A DNA stretch of 64,000 nt, from the NCBI GenBank assembly GCA_963714275.1, contig CAVQNT010000002.1, forward strand, positions 826,883-890,882. Direction: 5' to 3'. Below are positions 27,301-38,763 of this stretch, in pieces. The notes under the pieces are model-generated. The model worked only from the letters and a program-made list of their open reading frames with translations. It made no database searches and was not told the origin of the DNA. This DNA is from Candidatus Bathyarchaeota archaeon. GTDB taxonomy: Archaea > Thermoproteota > Bathyarchaeia > Bathyarchaeales > DTEX01. The translations under genes were made by a program, and so were the position numbers. Every line of letters begins with the position of its first letter. The stretch's first letter is position 1.

Positions 27301-28179
27301 AAATTGAGCAGATAGTTGACCTTTTCAGGGAAGAGTTTCCACGCCCCTCATCGGAGTTGACACACACATGGGCTGTCTTCTGGGCTAACTTCAAAATTTT
27401 CCTCTCCTACAAGACATGGGTAATCACTGAAACCTTAAGCACAGTGGCCTCAATCGCAATGTACTCGTTCATGGGGCTGCAGGTCGATGCCAACAGGTTC
27501 TTCTCAGTCGGATACGGAGACACCACCTGGCTGGCATTCGCCATCATCGGTATCGCGACAGCTAACTATCTTTGGATGTGCATCAGCCGAATAAGCCATT
27601 CGCTTCAGCACGAGGTTGCGGAGGGAACCTTAGAACCCATAGTTTCCTCGATGATTAAGTCTGAGGTCATACATAATCGGCCAGTCCATCCGAGGCTTCC
27701 TCGTGAGCTCATATTTCATGTTTGGAGCTTTGCTGATAGGAGTTTTCGTCCTGAATGTACCTATGGTAACAACGGTTGAAACCGTCTTCTCCTTCATCGT
27801 AATTCTGATCATGATGATCGTTAGTGACGCAGGCATCGGAATAATGGCAGCAGGAATAATCTTGGTCTATAAAAAAGGAGACCCAATGACCTTCCTTCTA
27901 GCAAGCATAACAGAGTTTCTTGGAGGCGTGCTTTTTCCACTCAACTACCTACAGGGCTACCCGATTCTCTACGGAATGGCTTGGGCTATGCCATACACTT
28001 ATGCCTTGGACGCGGCGCGAAGAGTCCTCCTTACTGGCGCAACATTAACGACGCCTCCTGTCTTAAGCGATCTCATTATTCTCGTGATCTTCACGTTTGT
28101 TTTTCTACCAGTTGGTTTACGGGTTTTCAGGTGGGGGATGGACAGGATAAGAAGAGAAGGAACCGTGGCGACATACTAG
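27297..28179 (+). pseudogene. ABC-2 transporter permease, one frameshift
   Basis: ORFs 27297..27779 and 27703..28179 are N and C parts. The frame change lies at about 27655-27690. The start overlaps the ATPase stop (TTGA). Confidence 0.75.
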
Positions 28180-28185
28180 GAGCAT

Positions 28186-29067
28186 TTGACGATGGACCCC
28201 AAAAAACTGATTGACCTCATGTCCGCGAAGACTCTGCTCAGGAAGAACCCGGTCCATCGGGTAGTGTCCTCGTTCATTGTTAGGGACTTCAGGATTTGGT
28301 GGACCTACAGGTTCTGGATTACGCTTGACATCACAGGTAATCTGCTGTTTGTAGCGACCTATTACTTATTCTCGTTAATTACGTCTTCACAACAGGTTCA
28401 AGACGCAGGATACGTAACAGGCGGCTACTTCACCTTCGCTTTAATCGGCATAGCCTTCCAACAGTATGTCTTCTTTGCTGTTCAGAGTATAAACCAAAGC
28501 GTCAGAGAGGAACAGGTTAATGGCACAATGGAAACAGTACTTTCATCCGCAACCGATTTCAAAGTGTTTCTTCTCGGCGAGACCTGTTTCTTCTTCATAA
28601 TTTGTTCAGCTTTCCTTTTCATCTCGTTCTTTGCCGGGTACCTTCTGGGAGCAACCTTCACATTGAGCATCGCATCTGTGCTTTCAACCATTCTACTTTC
28701 AGCGTTGTTAATTGCTAGTCACATGGCGATTGGAGTACTGAGCGCAGGGGTCATAATGAAGACAAAACAGGGAAATCCATTGACGTGGGTGTTCTCTTGG
28801 ATGACCCAGCTTGTTTCAGGCGTCTTTTATCCACTGAAGCTTCTTCCATGGTATCTTGAATGGATCGGCAAAATCTTTCCCTTAACCTATTCTCTCGACG
28901 GAATTAGGCTGTGCCTTCAAGGAGACCAAAACCTTGCGTCACCAGTGGTCCTAAGCGACACTATTAGCCTCTTCATTTTCACAGTCATAGCAACGCCAAT
29001 CGCGCTTTACGTTTTCAAAATAGGATACGACGCTGCGAGAAAAGATGGCTCTCTCGGACAATTCTGA
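28186..29067 (+). CDS. ABC-2 transporter permease (second membrane subunit)
   Basis: 293 aa intact with six predicted TM segments; a paralog of the preceding permease. Confidence 0.75.
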   Translation: MTMDPKKLIDLMSAKTLLRKNPVHRVVSSFIVRDFRIWWTYRFWITLDITGNLLFVATYYLFSLITSSQQVQDAGYVTGGYFTFALIGIAFQQYVFFAVQSINQSVREEQVNGTMETVLSSATDFKVFLLGETCFFFIICSAFLFISFFAGYLLGATFTLSIASVLSTILLSALLIASHMAIGVLSAGVIMKTKQGNPLTWVFSWMTQLVSGVFYPLKLLPWYLEWIGKIFPLTYSLDGIRLCLQGDQNLASPVVLSDTISLFIFTVIATPIALYVFKIGYDAARKDGSLGQF

Positions 29068-29086
29068 TTTTTGTAAAGATATTTCC

Positions 29087-29954
29087 TTAGACAATACATC
29101 TGTCTGGAAGTCTGTCACGTCTAAAGACAATAATCGGCGTGTGCCTAAAGTTTCTCAGCATACTCCAAGTTACTTCAGTAATACCAACCCCGAATTTATC
29201 AGCCATGACCCAAACTGTTCGCCCAGCGCCTGACCCTCGACGCTTGTGGGCAACCTCAGCTGAAATCCAAGGCTGCTTCGATGTCCATTTTTGTACCAGC
29301 AACAGCCAGAGGTGTTGACCTCCGTTTCAAACGCAAAATCCTTCCAACAACATAGGCAACGAAACCAAATGTGCGAATGCCCCCCAGCGGTTTCGGTCTG
29401 TGCGTAAAATGGAATCCACCGAAAGAATATGTCTTGTCTGTGTCCACAATCATCACTGCGACCTTCTTACCAAGTATTTTCTTCAGGTAAAGACGGATCT
29501 CCTCAGCCGCAGTGAACGGATCGTCAAGAGGCAAACTAACAAACGAGTATGGAAGATTGCTGGCGTCAATTCCGCCTTCGGAACCCCAAAGCAAAGCTTC
29601 CAGGAAACCCGCATACCACAAGGCAACCTGCTTGTGAACGCTTCCTTCCTTTAACGGGTAGGCTCGCAGTCGCATTACGTTTTCTTTTTTTAGGCTGCAA
29701 GCCTGTCCGAGGAAATATCCCCAGATAATTCTCATCCAGAACCGTGTTAACAGTCTAGCCATTTTTCCTGGCTGCACATTTTTTTCGTTTATGATGCGTC
29801 CTTTTGCTGTTGATAACGCTTTTTCAGAAACCGCGACGATGTCTCCGTCCTCGACTTTACCGTCAAGAGCCTTCGCTATGATTTCCGAATAATTATGCCC
29901 AGGCATCCAGTACTCAGTTTCAACTGCCTTAGCTAGGTATTGGAGTCTCTTCAT
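29087..29954 (-). pseudogene. F420-0:gamma-glutamyl ligase (CofE)-like protein, one frameshift
   Basis: Contains GDIVAVSEKALSTAKGR, GGIDASN and VMIVDTD motifs. The C-terminus continues in ORF 29087..29302 (AEVAHKRRGSGAG...). The junction is at ttcagctgagg (AGCT at 29258-29261). Confidence 0.65.
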
Positions 29955-30145
29955 TGTATGATATTACAAAAAGTAGACAAGTTTGCTTAAATATAACACA
30001 AAGCTACGCGTAATTGTGGTTATTGCCATTCATAATTCCTTTTAAACTAGATTGGTCTGTTAGTAGTTTGCTTTTTTGGGCTAAACCGAATGGCTTTATA
30101 GGAAAGAGACTTTCTATTTTTAAGGGTTTTCGGGGATCCTGAAGC

Positions 30146-31870
30146 ATGAACAGTCTTTCATTGGAGGGTTCAAAACGGAACGAAATTTTGACAGTTTGTA
30201 AGGAAGAAGCATCAAAACTGAAGATTGTTGCTGCTTTACGTTATGATTCATTTCTACACATTCCTAAGGACAAGAAACGAGGCTTCAGTGTTCTTTTAAT
30301 TCTTGATTCTCCGAAGCTGATTCTAAGGCATCGGGTAAAACCTCTTAAGGACGGAGAAGTTTCACTTCTGGTGGTTGATAGGAAAACCTTCGAAAAGGAC
30401 GTTGAGAACGACTGGTTAGGCGGGCTTTTAGTCGAGAATTTGCTTACGCCTTACGAAAGTTTGGTTAACGAAGACTTTTTGTGGCAAAAGGAGATTCAAG
30501 CGAAAAAAAGGTTGGTCACCGAGATTCTCGACAACCTTGTTCTTGGGTATCCAGAAATGTCTCATGAGCTCATGATTGAGCCTGAATATTTCATGTATGA
30601 GGCGATGGCTCGTAAAGTATCTCTGTATCCGCCCATAATGTATAAATTTTTGAAGATACTTGAGGGCGACTCTAAAGTTGAGAACTTACACTCGATAAAG
30701 AAAGGGTTCGATGCTGCTTTAAAAATGGCAGCTGAAGAGGGAATCGTGGAACAAACTGATAGATACGTCAAAATCTTGCCAAAACACATCAATGCCGCTA
30801 AGAGAAGAAGAAGGCGCGCGCTTTCCCTTCTAAAGAACGCACGGGCATCAATGCTTCGTCACAGCTTAGAGGTTTTCCCGAAAATGATGCGTTCGCTGAT
30901 GGATGAATACGGGGTGTATGTTGAACGTTTCATGGACCCTGAAAGCCTTAAGATGATGCGTCTACCTGAACTTGAAGACACGAAAAAATACATCTTTATC
31001 CCTACTTCGCTGGGACTTGTGTCTTACTCAGAAAAAGTGACCATTGAAGATTTTATGCGAAAAATCTTTCCTGAAAGCCGAGATTTAAAGGCAGACCCTG
31101 AGAAGCTGGGGGGTGTATTAAACGCTGTCTACGCTTTGAAAATTCAAAGGTTAGGTAAAGAACGGAGGGTTGTGGTGAAATCTTTTAAGGATTGGTATGG
31201 GTGGAAATGGTTCCCGCTAGCGTTGTGGGCTATTGGCACCAGAGGGTTCTCGGTTCGTGGAAAGTCGAGGTTGGAAAGAGAGTATTCCATAAACCGTTAC
31301 TTAGCAAAAAATGGCTGCAATGTTCCTTTGCTTATTCATGTGAGCCCGAAGGAAAAACTGATTTTTCAGGAGTATATTGAAGGCGAAAACCTCGCGAACC
31401 TAATTAAAAGGATTTACTCGTCAAAACATGAAGATCAAAAACTCACTAGCATACTCAAGCAGGTTGGAAGCGAGATTGCTAAGATTCATGGGCTTGATGT
31501 GGCTTTGGGGGATTGTAAGCCCGAAAACATCATAGTCGGTCAGGACGGCAGAATCTGGTTTGTGGACCTTGAGCAGGCTGAAAGAGGCGGAGACCAAGCG
31601 TGGGACTTGGCGGAGTTTCTCTATTATTCGGGACGTTACGCTTTGCTTTCGTCCATTGAGACGACACAGGCAGTAACCAAAGCATTCATTGAAGGATACT
31701 TGGAGGCTGGCGGAAAAATTGTGAATGTGCGAAAAGTAAGGTCCCCCAAGTACATTAAGGTTTTCAGTTTCTTTGCGTCTCCACATATCCTTTATGTTAT
31801 TTCAAATGTTTGCGGGGAAAAATTGAGGGATGCAGAAGCAACCGTGAAAAAAGACCATATTAGTCCTTAA
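30146..31870 (+). CDS. Atypical protein kinase-fold protein (Bud32/RIO/Kdo-kinase-like C-terminus) with a roughly 330-aa uncharacterised N-terminal region
   Basis: 574 aa intact. The C-terminus has VVVKSF (Lys), GDCKPENIIV (catalytic loop) and FVDLEQA (metal-binding Asp). I recognise no family for the N-terminal part. Confidence 0.6.
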   Translation: MNSLSLEGSKRNEILTVCKEEASKLKIVAALRYDSFLHIPKDKKRGFSVLLILDSPKLILRHRVKPLKDGEVSLLVVDRKTFEKDVENDWLGGLLVENLLTPYESLVNEDFLWQKEIQAKKRLVTEILDNLVLGYPEMSHELMIEPEYFMYEAMARKVSLYPPIMYKFLKILEGDSKVENLHSIKKGFDAALKMAAEEGIVEQTDRYVKILPKHINAAKRRRRRALSLLKNARASMLRHSLEVFPKMMRSLMDEYGVYVERFMDPESLKMMRLPELEDTKKYIFIPTSLGLVSYSEKVTIEDFMRKIFPESRDLKADPEKLGGVLNAVYALKIQRLGKERRVVVKSFKDWYGWKWFPLALWAIGTRGFSVRGKSRLEREYSINRYLAKNGCNVPLLIHVSPKEKLIFQEYIEGENLANLIKRIYSSKHEDQKLTSILKQVGSEIAKIHGLDVALGDCKPENIIVGQDGRIWFVDLEQAERGGDQAWDLAEFLYYSGRYALLSSIETTQAVTKAFIEGYLEAGGKIVNVRKVRSPKYIKVFSFFASPHILYVISNVCGEKLRDAEATVKKDHISP

Positions 31871-31895
31871 CGAATATAATTTGTGAGGGAAAGAA

Positions 31896-33251
31896 ATGGA
31901 AACCACGACTTTGACCTTCTATGGCGGAATAAACGAGATAGGCGGAAACAAAATTCTCTTGAAAGATGGAAAAGCAAAGGTGTTTTTTGATTTCGGGCAG
32001 TCCTTTACGATGGGAATAAACTTTTTTACTAGTTCGCTTGGACCAAGATGGCTTTGTGGCTTAAAGGATTACTTTGAGTTTGGTTTGATGCCGAAATTAA
32101 AGGGACTCTACAGCGAAAAGCAACTAATGTACACCGATCTAAGTTATTCTAAGCCAAATTTTGATGCTGTTTTTCTTTCACACGCCCACTTCGACCATAC
32201 AGCGCACATATGTTTCATAGACGAGAAAATTCCAGTGTTTTGCGGATCAGGAACCAAGTCTTTCTAGAATCGATGGAGGAAACCACCTTATCATCACTTG
32301 GAGAACACCCTTACCAGACATTCAGAACAGGCAGCGCCATAGAAATTGACCCGTTAAAGGTTGAACCCATTCACGTAGACCATTCCATACCGGGAGCCTA
32401 TGGCTTCATAATTCACACTTCGGAAGGAGAAATTATCTACACTGGAGATTTAAGAGCTCATGGTCCAAAAAAGGAGATGACGGAAGAATTCGTCGCAAAA
32501 GCATGTGAGTGTAAGCCAACTGCCATGATTACTGAGGGAACGCGAATTGTCGAAAAAAGACCTCGGGCTAATTATTCCGAATCTAAGGTTAAAGAAAAGA
32601 GCAACGAGATAGTTTCCAGCACAAATAAGATAGTCTTCGTCACGCATCACGGTCGAGACATTGACAGATTTAGAACTATATACGAAGTGACAAAGCAGAA
32701 TGACAGGAAGATAGTCATTTTTCCAAGATTGGCTTATCTTTTGAAAAAGCTCTGTTGAAGACGAACATCTAGACTTTCCTGATCCTCTGAAAGACAAAAA
32801 CATACTTGTTTATTTCAAGAGGAAGAAAACTGGAACCTTCATTGAGGAAGACTACTACCTCTGGGAAAGAAACTTCATGCAAAGAATGGTTACAGCGGAT
32901 GACGTACACACAAACCAAAGCGGATTAGTGATGGATTTGGATTTCTACCAGTTCGGGGAGCTCATAGACATCAAGCCAGACAAGGGAAGCCACTTCATTC
33001 ACAGCATGAGTGAGCCTTTCAGCGAAGAAGACATAGAAGACCGGGTAATGCATAACTGGCTTAACCACTTCAAAATCAAGTTTCACCAGCTCCACGCCTC
33101 TGGGCACATGAACAGACAAGAACTCATGGAGATGGTTGAACGCATCAATCCAAAGAAGGTGTTCCCTGTTCACACGGAGAATCCTGCCTTTTTCAAAAAA
33201 ACAAAAAAGAAAACTGTGGTTATCGAAAAAGGAAAAACTTACACACTGTGA
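31896..33251 (+). pseudogene. MBL-fold / beta-CASP (RNase J-like) hydrolase, two frameshifts
   Basis: Contains LSHAHFDHTAH (HxHxDH), IHVDHSIPGAYG and a C-terminal HASGH. Three track ORFs are joined near 32255 and 32750. Confidence 0.7.
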
Positions 33252-33427
33252 TTCGTTTAATGCGACGGGAAATAGTTCATGTTCGAGGGGGACGCTAGTA
33301 AGATTTTTTCTTGCAAATGATTTTTTTGGTTTTGTTGGATTCAGCCTTCGTCTTTTGACCATAATCCTTAACAAAAGGCAGCCACTCAACATTAACAGAA
33401 CGCGACATTTACAGGCAGGAATCCTCA

Positions 33428-34244
33428 TTGGAAAATGTTATTCAGGAAGGAAGCAACGTGCTTCTGTTTTTGGACAAGCGGAGAAGCTACTTGGTTAAGG
33501 TTGAGAAGGGAAGGGACCTTCACACGCATAAGGGCTTCATTCACCTTAGCGACCTGATAGGCAAGGAATACGGCACACGGGTCAAAAGCAGCTTGAAGGT
33601 GGAGTTTGTGGCTCTTAATCCAAGCATCAGAGACTACGTTTTCAAGATGACGAGAAAAACGCAGATAATTTACCCGAAAGACATCGCACTCATCACCATG
33701 TTCAGCAACATTCAGCCTGGAAGCCGAATCGTCGAAGCAGGAACAGGAACAGGAGCCTTAACCACAGCGTTAGCTCAGCTACGTTAAACCCTCGGGACGC
33801 ATCTACAGTTACGAAATTAGGACAGAATTCCTTCAGGCAGCAGCAAAAAACCTTGAAAAAACCAGCGTCACCGAGTACGTTGAACTGAAAAATCAGGATG
33901 TGACGCAGGGAATCCAAGAAAAAGAGGCGGACGCTGTGGTTTTGGACTTAGCAACGCCTTGGCTCGTTGTTCCTCACGCTTATACTGCGTTGAAGGGAAG
34001 CGGAATACTTGTCTCGTTCAGCCCAACAATCGACCAAGTGGTTAAAACGGTTGAGGCATTAGAGGAAACAGGATTCGTGGACATAGAAACCGTTGAATGC
34101 CTACTCAGGGGAATGCAGATTGAAAGAGGAAAGACGAGACCTGAAACATTAATGACCGCCCACACGGGCTACATCACCCACGCAAGGAAGGCAATGCCAT
34201 CAAGTGCTGAGTCTTTGGAGCAAATTTCAAAGGAAAAACCATAA
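33428..34244 (+). pseudogene. trmI: tRNA (adenine-N1)-methyltransferase TrmI (Trm61/Gcd14 family), one frameshift
   Basis: Contains the SAM motif VEAGTGTGALT and DAVVLDLATPW. The frame change is at gctcagctacgtt (33771-33783). Confidence 0.8.
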
Positions 34245-34342
34245 AGACATGTATTTTTTTCTGCATAAAACGTTTAAGGAAGGGCACAAGTCTATTGCTT
34301 AACCTTTCAAAAAAGTTTAGTGAACAATCAGGAGTTCATTGA

Positions 34343-35032
34343 TTGCTGAAAGCTGAATCTGAAAAGGAAACTCTGTTACAAAAAATAAAGAATCTTAGAA
34401 AAAACGGAATATTCGCTACACTGCTGCTTCTTCTCTTTATCTTGTTCACTAACTTCGTTATTCAGGGAGCCTTAACTTTGATTCTTAAGACCTCTCGACC
34501 TCTTCACACGCCGATATCTGGAAGCATGGAGCCGACACTGAACATTGGCGACTTGCTCGTAATTCAAGGCGGAATAACAGGAGAATCCGTGTATGCTCAT
34601 ACAGGTGATGGTGACATCATTATTTTCCGTGATCCGAGAAACCCGGATGGTATCCCTATTGTTCACAGAGCCGTTGATAAGTACATAGTTGGAGACACCT
34701 GGTACATTGTAACGAAAGGAGACAACAACCCTACAGTGGACGATTGGTCGTGGTATGGTTTCCCGAGAGGAGGAAACTATAGTGTTGCAGGTCACCCTGA
34801 AAGTTATATAATAGGCAAAGTAATCTTTTGGGTTCCCTACTTGGGATATTTTTTAAGGGCGTTTGACGAGACCGCGATAAACCTCGGCGTGTTCGCCATC
34901 TCCCTTAGGCAGTTTCTCATCATAATTTTGCTTGTGGCACTCGTTTACCTTGAATTAACAGGTTCAGAGGAAGAAACAAAGAAGCCGCAGGAAACTGAAA
35001 AGCAGGAAAATACAGAACAAATGGCGAAATGA
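34343..35032 (+). CDS. Signal peptidase I (archaeal S26/Sec11 type)
   Basis: Contains the catalytic Ser motif SGSMEPTLNIGDLL and HRAV, plus N- and C-terminal TM segments. Confidence 0.8.
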   Translation: MLKAESEKETLLQKIKNLRKNGIFATLLLLLFILFTNFVIQGALTLILKTSRPLHTPISGSMEPTLNIGDLLVIQGGITGESVYAHTGDGDIIIFRDPRNPDGIPIVHRAVDKYIVGDTWYIVTKGDNNPTVDDWSWYGFPRGGNYSVAGHPESYIIGKVIFWVPYLGYFLRAFDETAINLGVFAISLRQFLIIILLVALVYLELTGSEEETKKPQETEKQENTEQMAK

Positions 35033-35117
35033 ACCATTAAGTATAAATTACCCTTTATAAATTCCTTTATAAAGACCAAAACAAAACCGCTAAACTTTTA
35101 TATTAGAAGGTGACTGG

Positions 35118-35679
35118 ATGTCGCAAGTTACAGCAAAAGTGAAAATAGAAAACGTGGTTGCCTCTGCAACCTTGAACCAGAAGATTGACCTTAAAGCCGT
35201 TGTGAAAAGTTACCCGGGCGTTGAATACCGACCGGAACAGTTTCCAGGATTGGTTTTCAGGCTTAAGAAACCGAAAACTGCCACCCTCATTTTCAATTCG
35301 GGCAAGATGGTTTGCACCGGAGCGAAGTCCGAGAAGGAATCCCGCGGAGCAGTCATGAAGGTCATCAAAGAACTCAAGAAAAGCGGAATCGTAATAATCA
35401 GCAAACCTGAGCTTAAGATACAGAACATTGTCAGCTTCAGCAAACCTCGGCGGAATGATAGACCTTGAGAAGTCAGCTTTCACACTTGGGAAAACCATGT
35501 ATGAGCCTGAACAGTTTCCTGGCTTAATCTTCCGCATGGACGACCCGAAGGTTGTTATCCTGCTTTTCGCCAGCGGTAAACTGGTTTGCACCGGAGCCAA
35601 AAAAGAAGAGGATGTCTACAAGGCTGTGGATAAGCTGCATCGGCGGCTTGAAAGAGAAGAACTAATTTACTACGCGTAG
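35118..35679 (+). pseudogene. tbp: TATA-box binding protein, one frameshift between the two repeats
   Basis: Both TBP repeats are present (PEQFPGLVFRL..., PEQFPGLIFRM...). Removing one base in gtcagct (35430-35436) restores IQNIVASANLGGMIDLE. Confidence 0.9.
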
Positions 35680-36792
35680 TGTTGAAGGTTTTGCAGGTTT
35701 CAAAGCCAGCTGCGCTGATGAAAAAGTTTCGTCATCACATGTTAAGGGAGATTTTCGATGAGCCCGCTGTGTTGAGGGCAACCATTGAGGCTGAGGTGGA
35801 CAACACCCGGAAGATAGCTCAGGCAGTCAAATCTGAAGGATATGAGATGTTCTACATTACGGGAAGCGGAACAAGCTTATCATGCTGGACTGGCCAGCCA
35901 ATATGCGTTGTCGAAACTGACGAACCTGTCTACAAGCATTCTTCCAGCGTCAGAGTTTCAGCGTTGGGTTCCAACTAGATTGCCAAAAAAGGTTCTGTTG
36001 ATGGCTATCTCGCAGTCCGGTGAGAGCTCCGACATCATTGATGCTGCTGAGGCTGCTGTGGACCGAGGGATGACGTTGTTGGCTGTGACGAACACTCCTG
36101 AAAGTAGGCTTGCGAAAATGTCGAATTATCATCTTCTCCCAAGGTCAGGTCTTGAGAAGGCTGTCCCAGCGACGAAGACTTATGTCACGCAGCTCATGTC
36201 CATTTTCATGTTTTCTGTGGAGCTCGCTGAAGGAATCCTGAGCGCGAACGAGTTGTACCGAATAAGAAAAGGGCTTTATGAGGCGCCGCAGCTTCTCGAA
36301 CAAACTTTGCAATCAAGCACTCAAATCCAGAAAATTGCGGAGAAATATAAACAGAAGAACGTCATTTTCATTTTGGGCAGCGGACCAAATTATGCGACTG
36401 CGCTTGAAGCAGCCTTGAAGTTGAAAGAGACATGTATGGTCTTCGCTGAGGGGTTTGCTACACGAGAGTTCCTGCACGGTCCTATGAGGCTAGTTGACGA
36501 GAGAACCTTGATAATTATGCTCGTTTCTCCAAACGAGTTCAAAACTGAGATTGAAATATGCAAAAGCCTGAGAAGCTTCGGTGCTTCTGTTTTGTTAATT
36601 TCGGAAAAAGGGCTAAGTTTCTCTAACATGCTAGAGGCAGCAGACGATGTTGTTTTGGTTCCTAACGGGCTGCCTGATGTTTTTTCGCCACTGTTGCACG
36701 TTGTTCCCAATCATCTGTTCGCATATTATAGTTCCGTGAACAGAGGATTAAATCCTGATAAGCCTGAAAAATTAACGAAGGTGGTGAAATAA
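35679..36792 (+). pseudogene. Two-SIS-domain sugar isomerase (GlmS isomerase-domain-like), one frameshift
   Basis: Contains ITGSGTS, ISQSGESSD and LEAALKLKE motifs. There is an extra T after AGCT at 35874-35878. The start is uncertain (GTG 35679 or ATG 35718). Confidence 0.75.
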
Positions 36793-36794
36793 GA

Positions 36795-37484
36795 TTGAAA
36801 GTAAAAGCCGTAATCTTCGACATTGAGGACACGCTGTACGATTTGTCTCTGCAAATGAGGATGACGAGGCTGAATGCAGTTAGAGCCATGATTGGAGCGG
36901 GTCTTCCAATAGATTTGGAGATAGGATACAAGACGCTTGAAGATATAGCCAACCAGTATGGACCACACTACACGAGACACTTTGACAACTTGCTTGAACG
37001 TCTAGGATTAAGATGGAACCCGAGAGTCATAGCCGCAGGAGTCGTTGCATACCGAGAGACAAGCGAGGTTTACCTGAAACCTTTCTCCGACACGATTCCG
37101 ACACTGGTTAAGCTGCGAGACCAAAAATACGAGCTCGGAGTGGTTTCCGACGGAAAATCAGTCAAACAATGGCAGAAACTCATACAACTAGGCATTCATC
37201 ACCTGTTCCACTCTGTCGTCATTTCTGAGGACGTAAAAGACGAGAAACTCAATACCAAACCATTCAAGAAATGTTTAGAGGAACTTGGCATCAAACCAAA
37301 AGAAGCTGTCTACATTAGCGCTAGACCGAACAAAGAAATTCTCTACGCTAACGAAGCGGGCATCGTCACGGTCAGAATGAGACAGGGAGATGCTGCTTTT
37401 GAGGAACCGATGTCGCCCAAAGCGAAAGCCGTGTATGAAATTAACCAGCTTTCAGAAATCATCGAAACTTTGGACGCCCTTTAA
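36795..37484 (+). CDS. HAD-superfamily hydrolase
   Basis: 229 aa with motif I (VIFDIEDTLYD), motif II (VVSDG) and a C-terminal acidic motif. Confidence 0.75.
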   Translation: MKVKAVIFDIEDTLYDLSLQMRMTRLNAVRAMIGAGLPIDLEIGYKTLEDIANQYGPHYTRHFDNLLERLGLRWNPRVIAAGVVAYRETSEVYLKPFSDTIPTLVKLRDQKYELGVVSDGKSVKQWQKLIQLGIHHLFHSVVISEDVKDEKLNTKPFKKCLEELGIKPKEAVYISARPNKEILYANEAGIVTVRMRQGDAAFEEPMSPKAKAVYEINQLSEIIETLDAL

Positions 37485-37549
37485 GAAGAACCATCAGAAT
37501 AACTGAACGAATCGTATAAAACTTGGTTTCCTTAATTCAAAGAAATTGA

Positions 37550-38542
37550 TTAGCTTTTAAAGTGTTCCCAACCTTTGGGTATTATTGTCAATGTTTCTTC
37601 ATCAATCTTGAGCTCGAGCTTTTTCTCTTTGGTTACGGTGCCTATTCTGATTAATCGGCTTTCGAGCTTCTCCAAAGCATTTTCTGCTTTGTCCCAGAAC
37701 ATTGGTTTCACCGTTACAACAAGCTCGTATTCTTCTCCCCCGTAGAGTCCAAGCTCCAAAGCATTAAAACCAAAGATTCTGGCAAACTCAACAGTCTCGG
37801 AAGCCAATGGAACGCTGTCGATTCTGAAGCCAACATTGCTGGCAACGGAGAGTCTCATGGAGGCTCCAAGCTAATCCGTCGCTCGAATCAATCGAAGCCG
37901 TTAATGCGCCTGTTTCTGCTAATGCGATTCCTTCTTTGAGTCGAGTCTTTAGGCATGTAAACAGCTTCAGTCAAAGGTTTTTCGATTTTACTTGGCACAA
38001 TTCTTTGTTCGAGAAGGATTTTTAGTCCAGCTGCTGTTTTTCCAAACTCTCCCGTTACAGCGACCATGTCGCCTGGTTTGGCGATGCTTCTTTTCACCAA
38101 GGTTCGATTGTTGCAGAACCCGAGAAGCGAGCAGCTGAATGACGAGGTCAGAAGATTCGCCTGTGTCCCCGCCAATAACGTATGTTCCGTATTCGCGTGC
38201 GCCTTCGTTTAAGCCTAAGCCTATCTGTCTGATGTCTTCCTCGCTACAGCTCCTAGGTAAACCTAAGGCGACCAGAACCGCGACTGGCGAGACTCCTTTG
38301 GCTGCGAAGTCGCTTACGTTCATGACAACCGCTTTTCTGGCTGCCTGCCTCAAGCTCATGCCTTGCGGGACGTCCGTTTTGCCGATAAGCATGTCCGTTT
38401 TTATGACTGCGAGAGTGTTTCGGTTAAATTGAACTGCGGATATGTCGTCTCCGAAGGGAACAGGCATCTTAGGCATCGTTTCTAGGCAGCCTTTGATTAT
38501 TTCGATTATTTTTCTTTCGCCGAGCTCGCCTGCTTTTCTCAC
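37550..38542 (-). pseudogene. thiL: Thiamine-monophosphate kinase ThiL (AIR synthase-related), three frame changes
   Basis: Contains FGDDISAV, MNVSDFAAKG, GGDTGESSDLVI, AKPGDMVAVTGEFG and IDSSDGL. The frames change near 38131-38137 (cagctg), 37944-37952 (A run) and 37858-37872 (agct). The likely start is GTG 38542 after ggagg. Confidence 0.8.
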
Positions 38543-38687
38543 AACAGAACCTCCAAGATATGATTTATTATCAAAGTACTTTAAAGAGCCTTCACACCAC
38601 AAAAAGGTGAAGCCATAAACGAACCGTTAAATACGGATGAGACAAAAAGTTCATGAAGACCTCTGAGTGTTTCTATTATGTTTATCT

Positions 38688-38763
38688 GCCTCGGTGGCTC
38701 AGCGGCTAGAGCAACAGCCTCGTAAGCTGTGGATCGCGGGTTCAATTCCCGCCCGGGGCTCCA
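38688..38763 (+). tRNA. tRNA-Thr (anticodon CGT), CCA encoded
   Basis: Manual fold: acceptor GCCTCGG/CCGGGGC, D arm GCTC-AGCGGCTA-GAGC, anticodon arm ACAGC-CTCGTAA-GCTGT, T arm GCGGG-TTCAATT-CCCGC. Confidence 0.9.
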
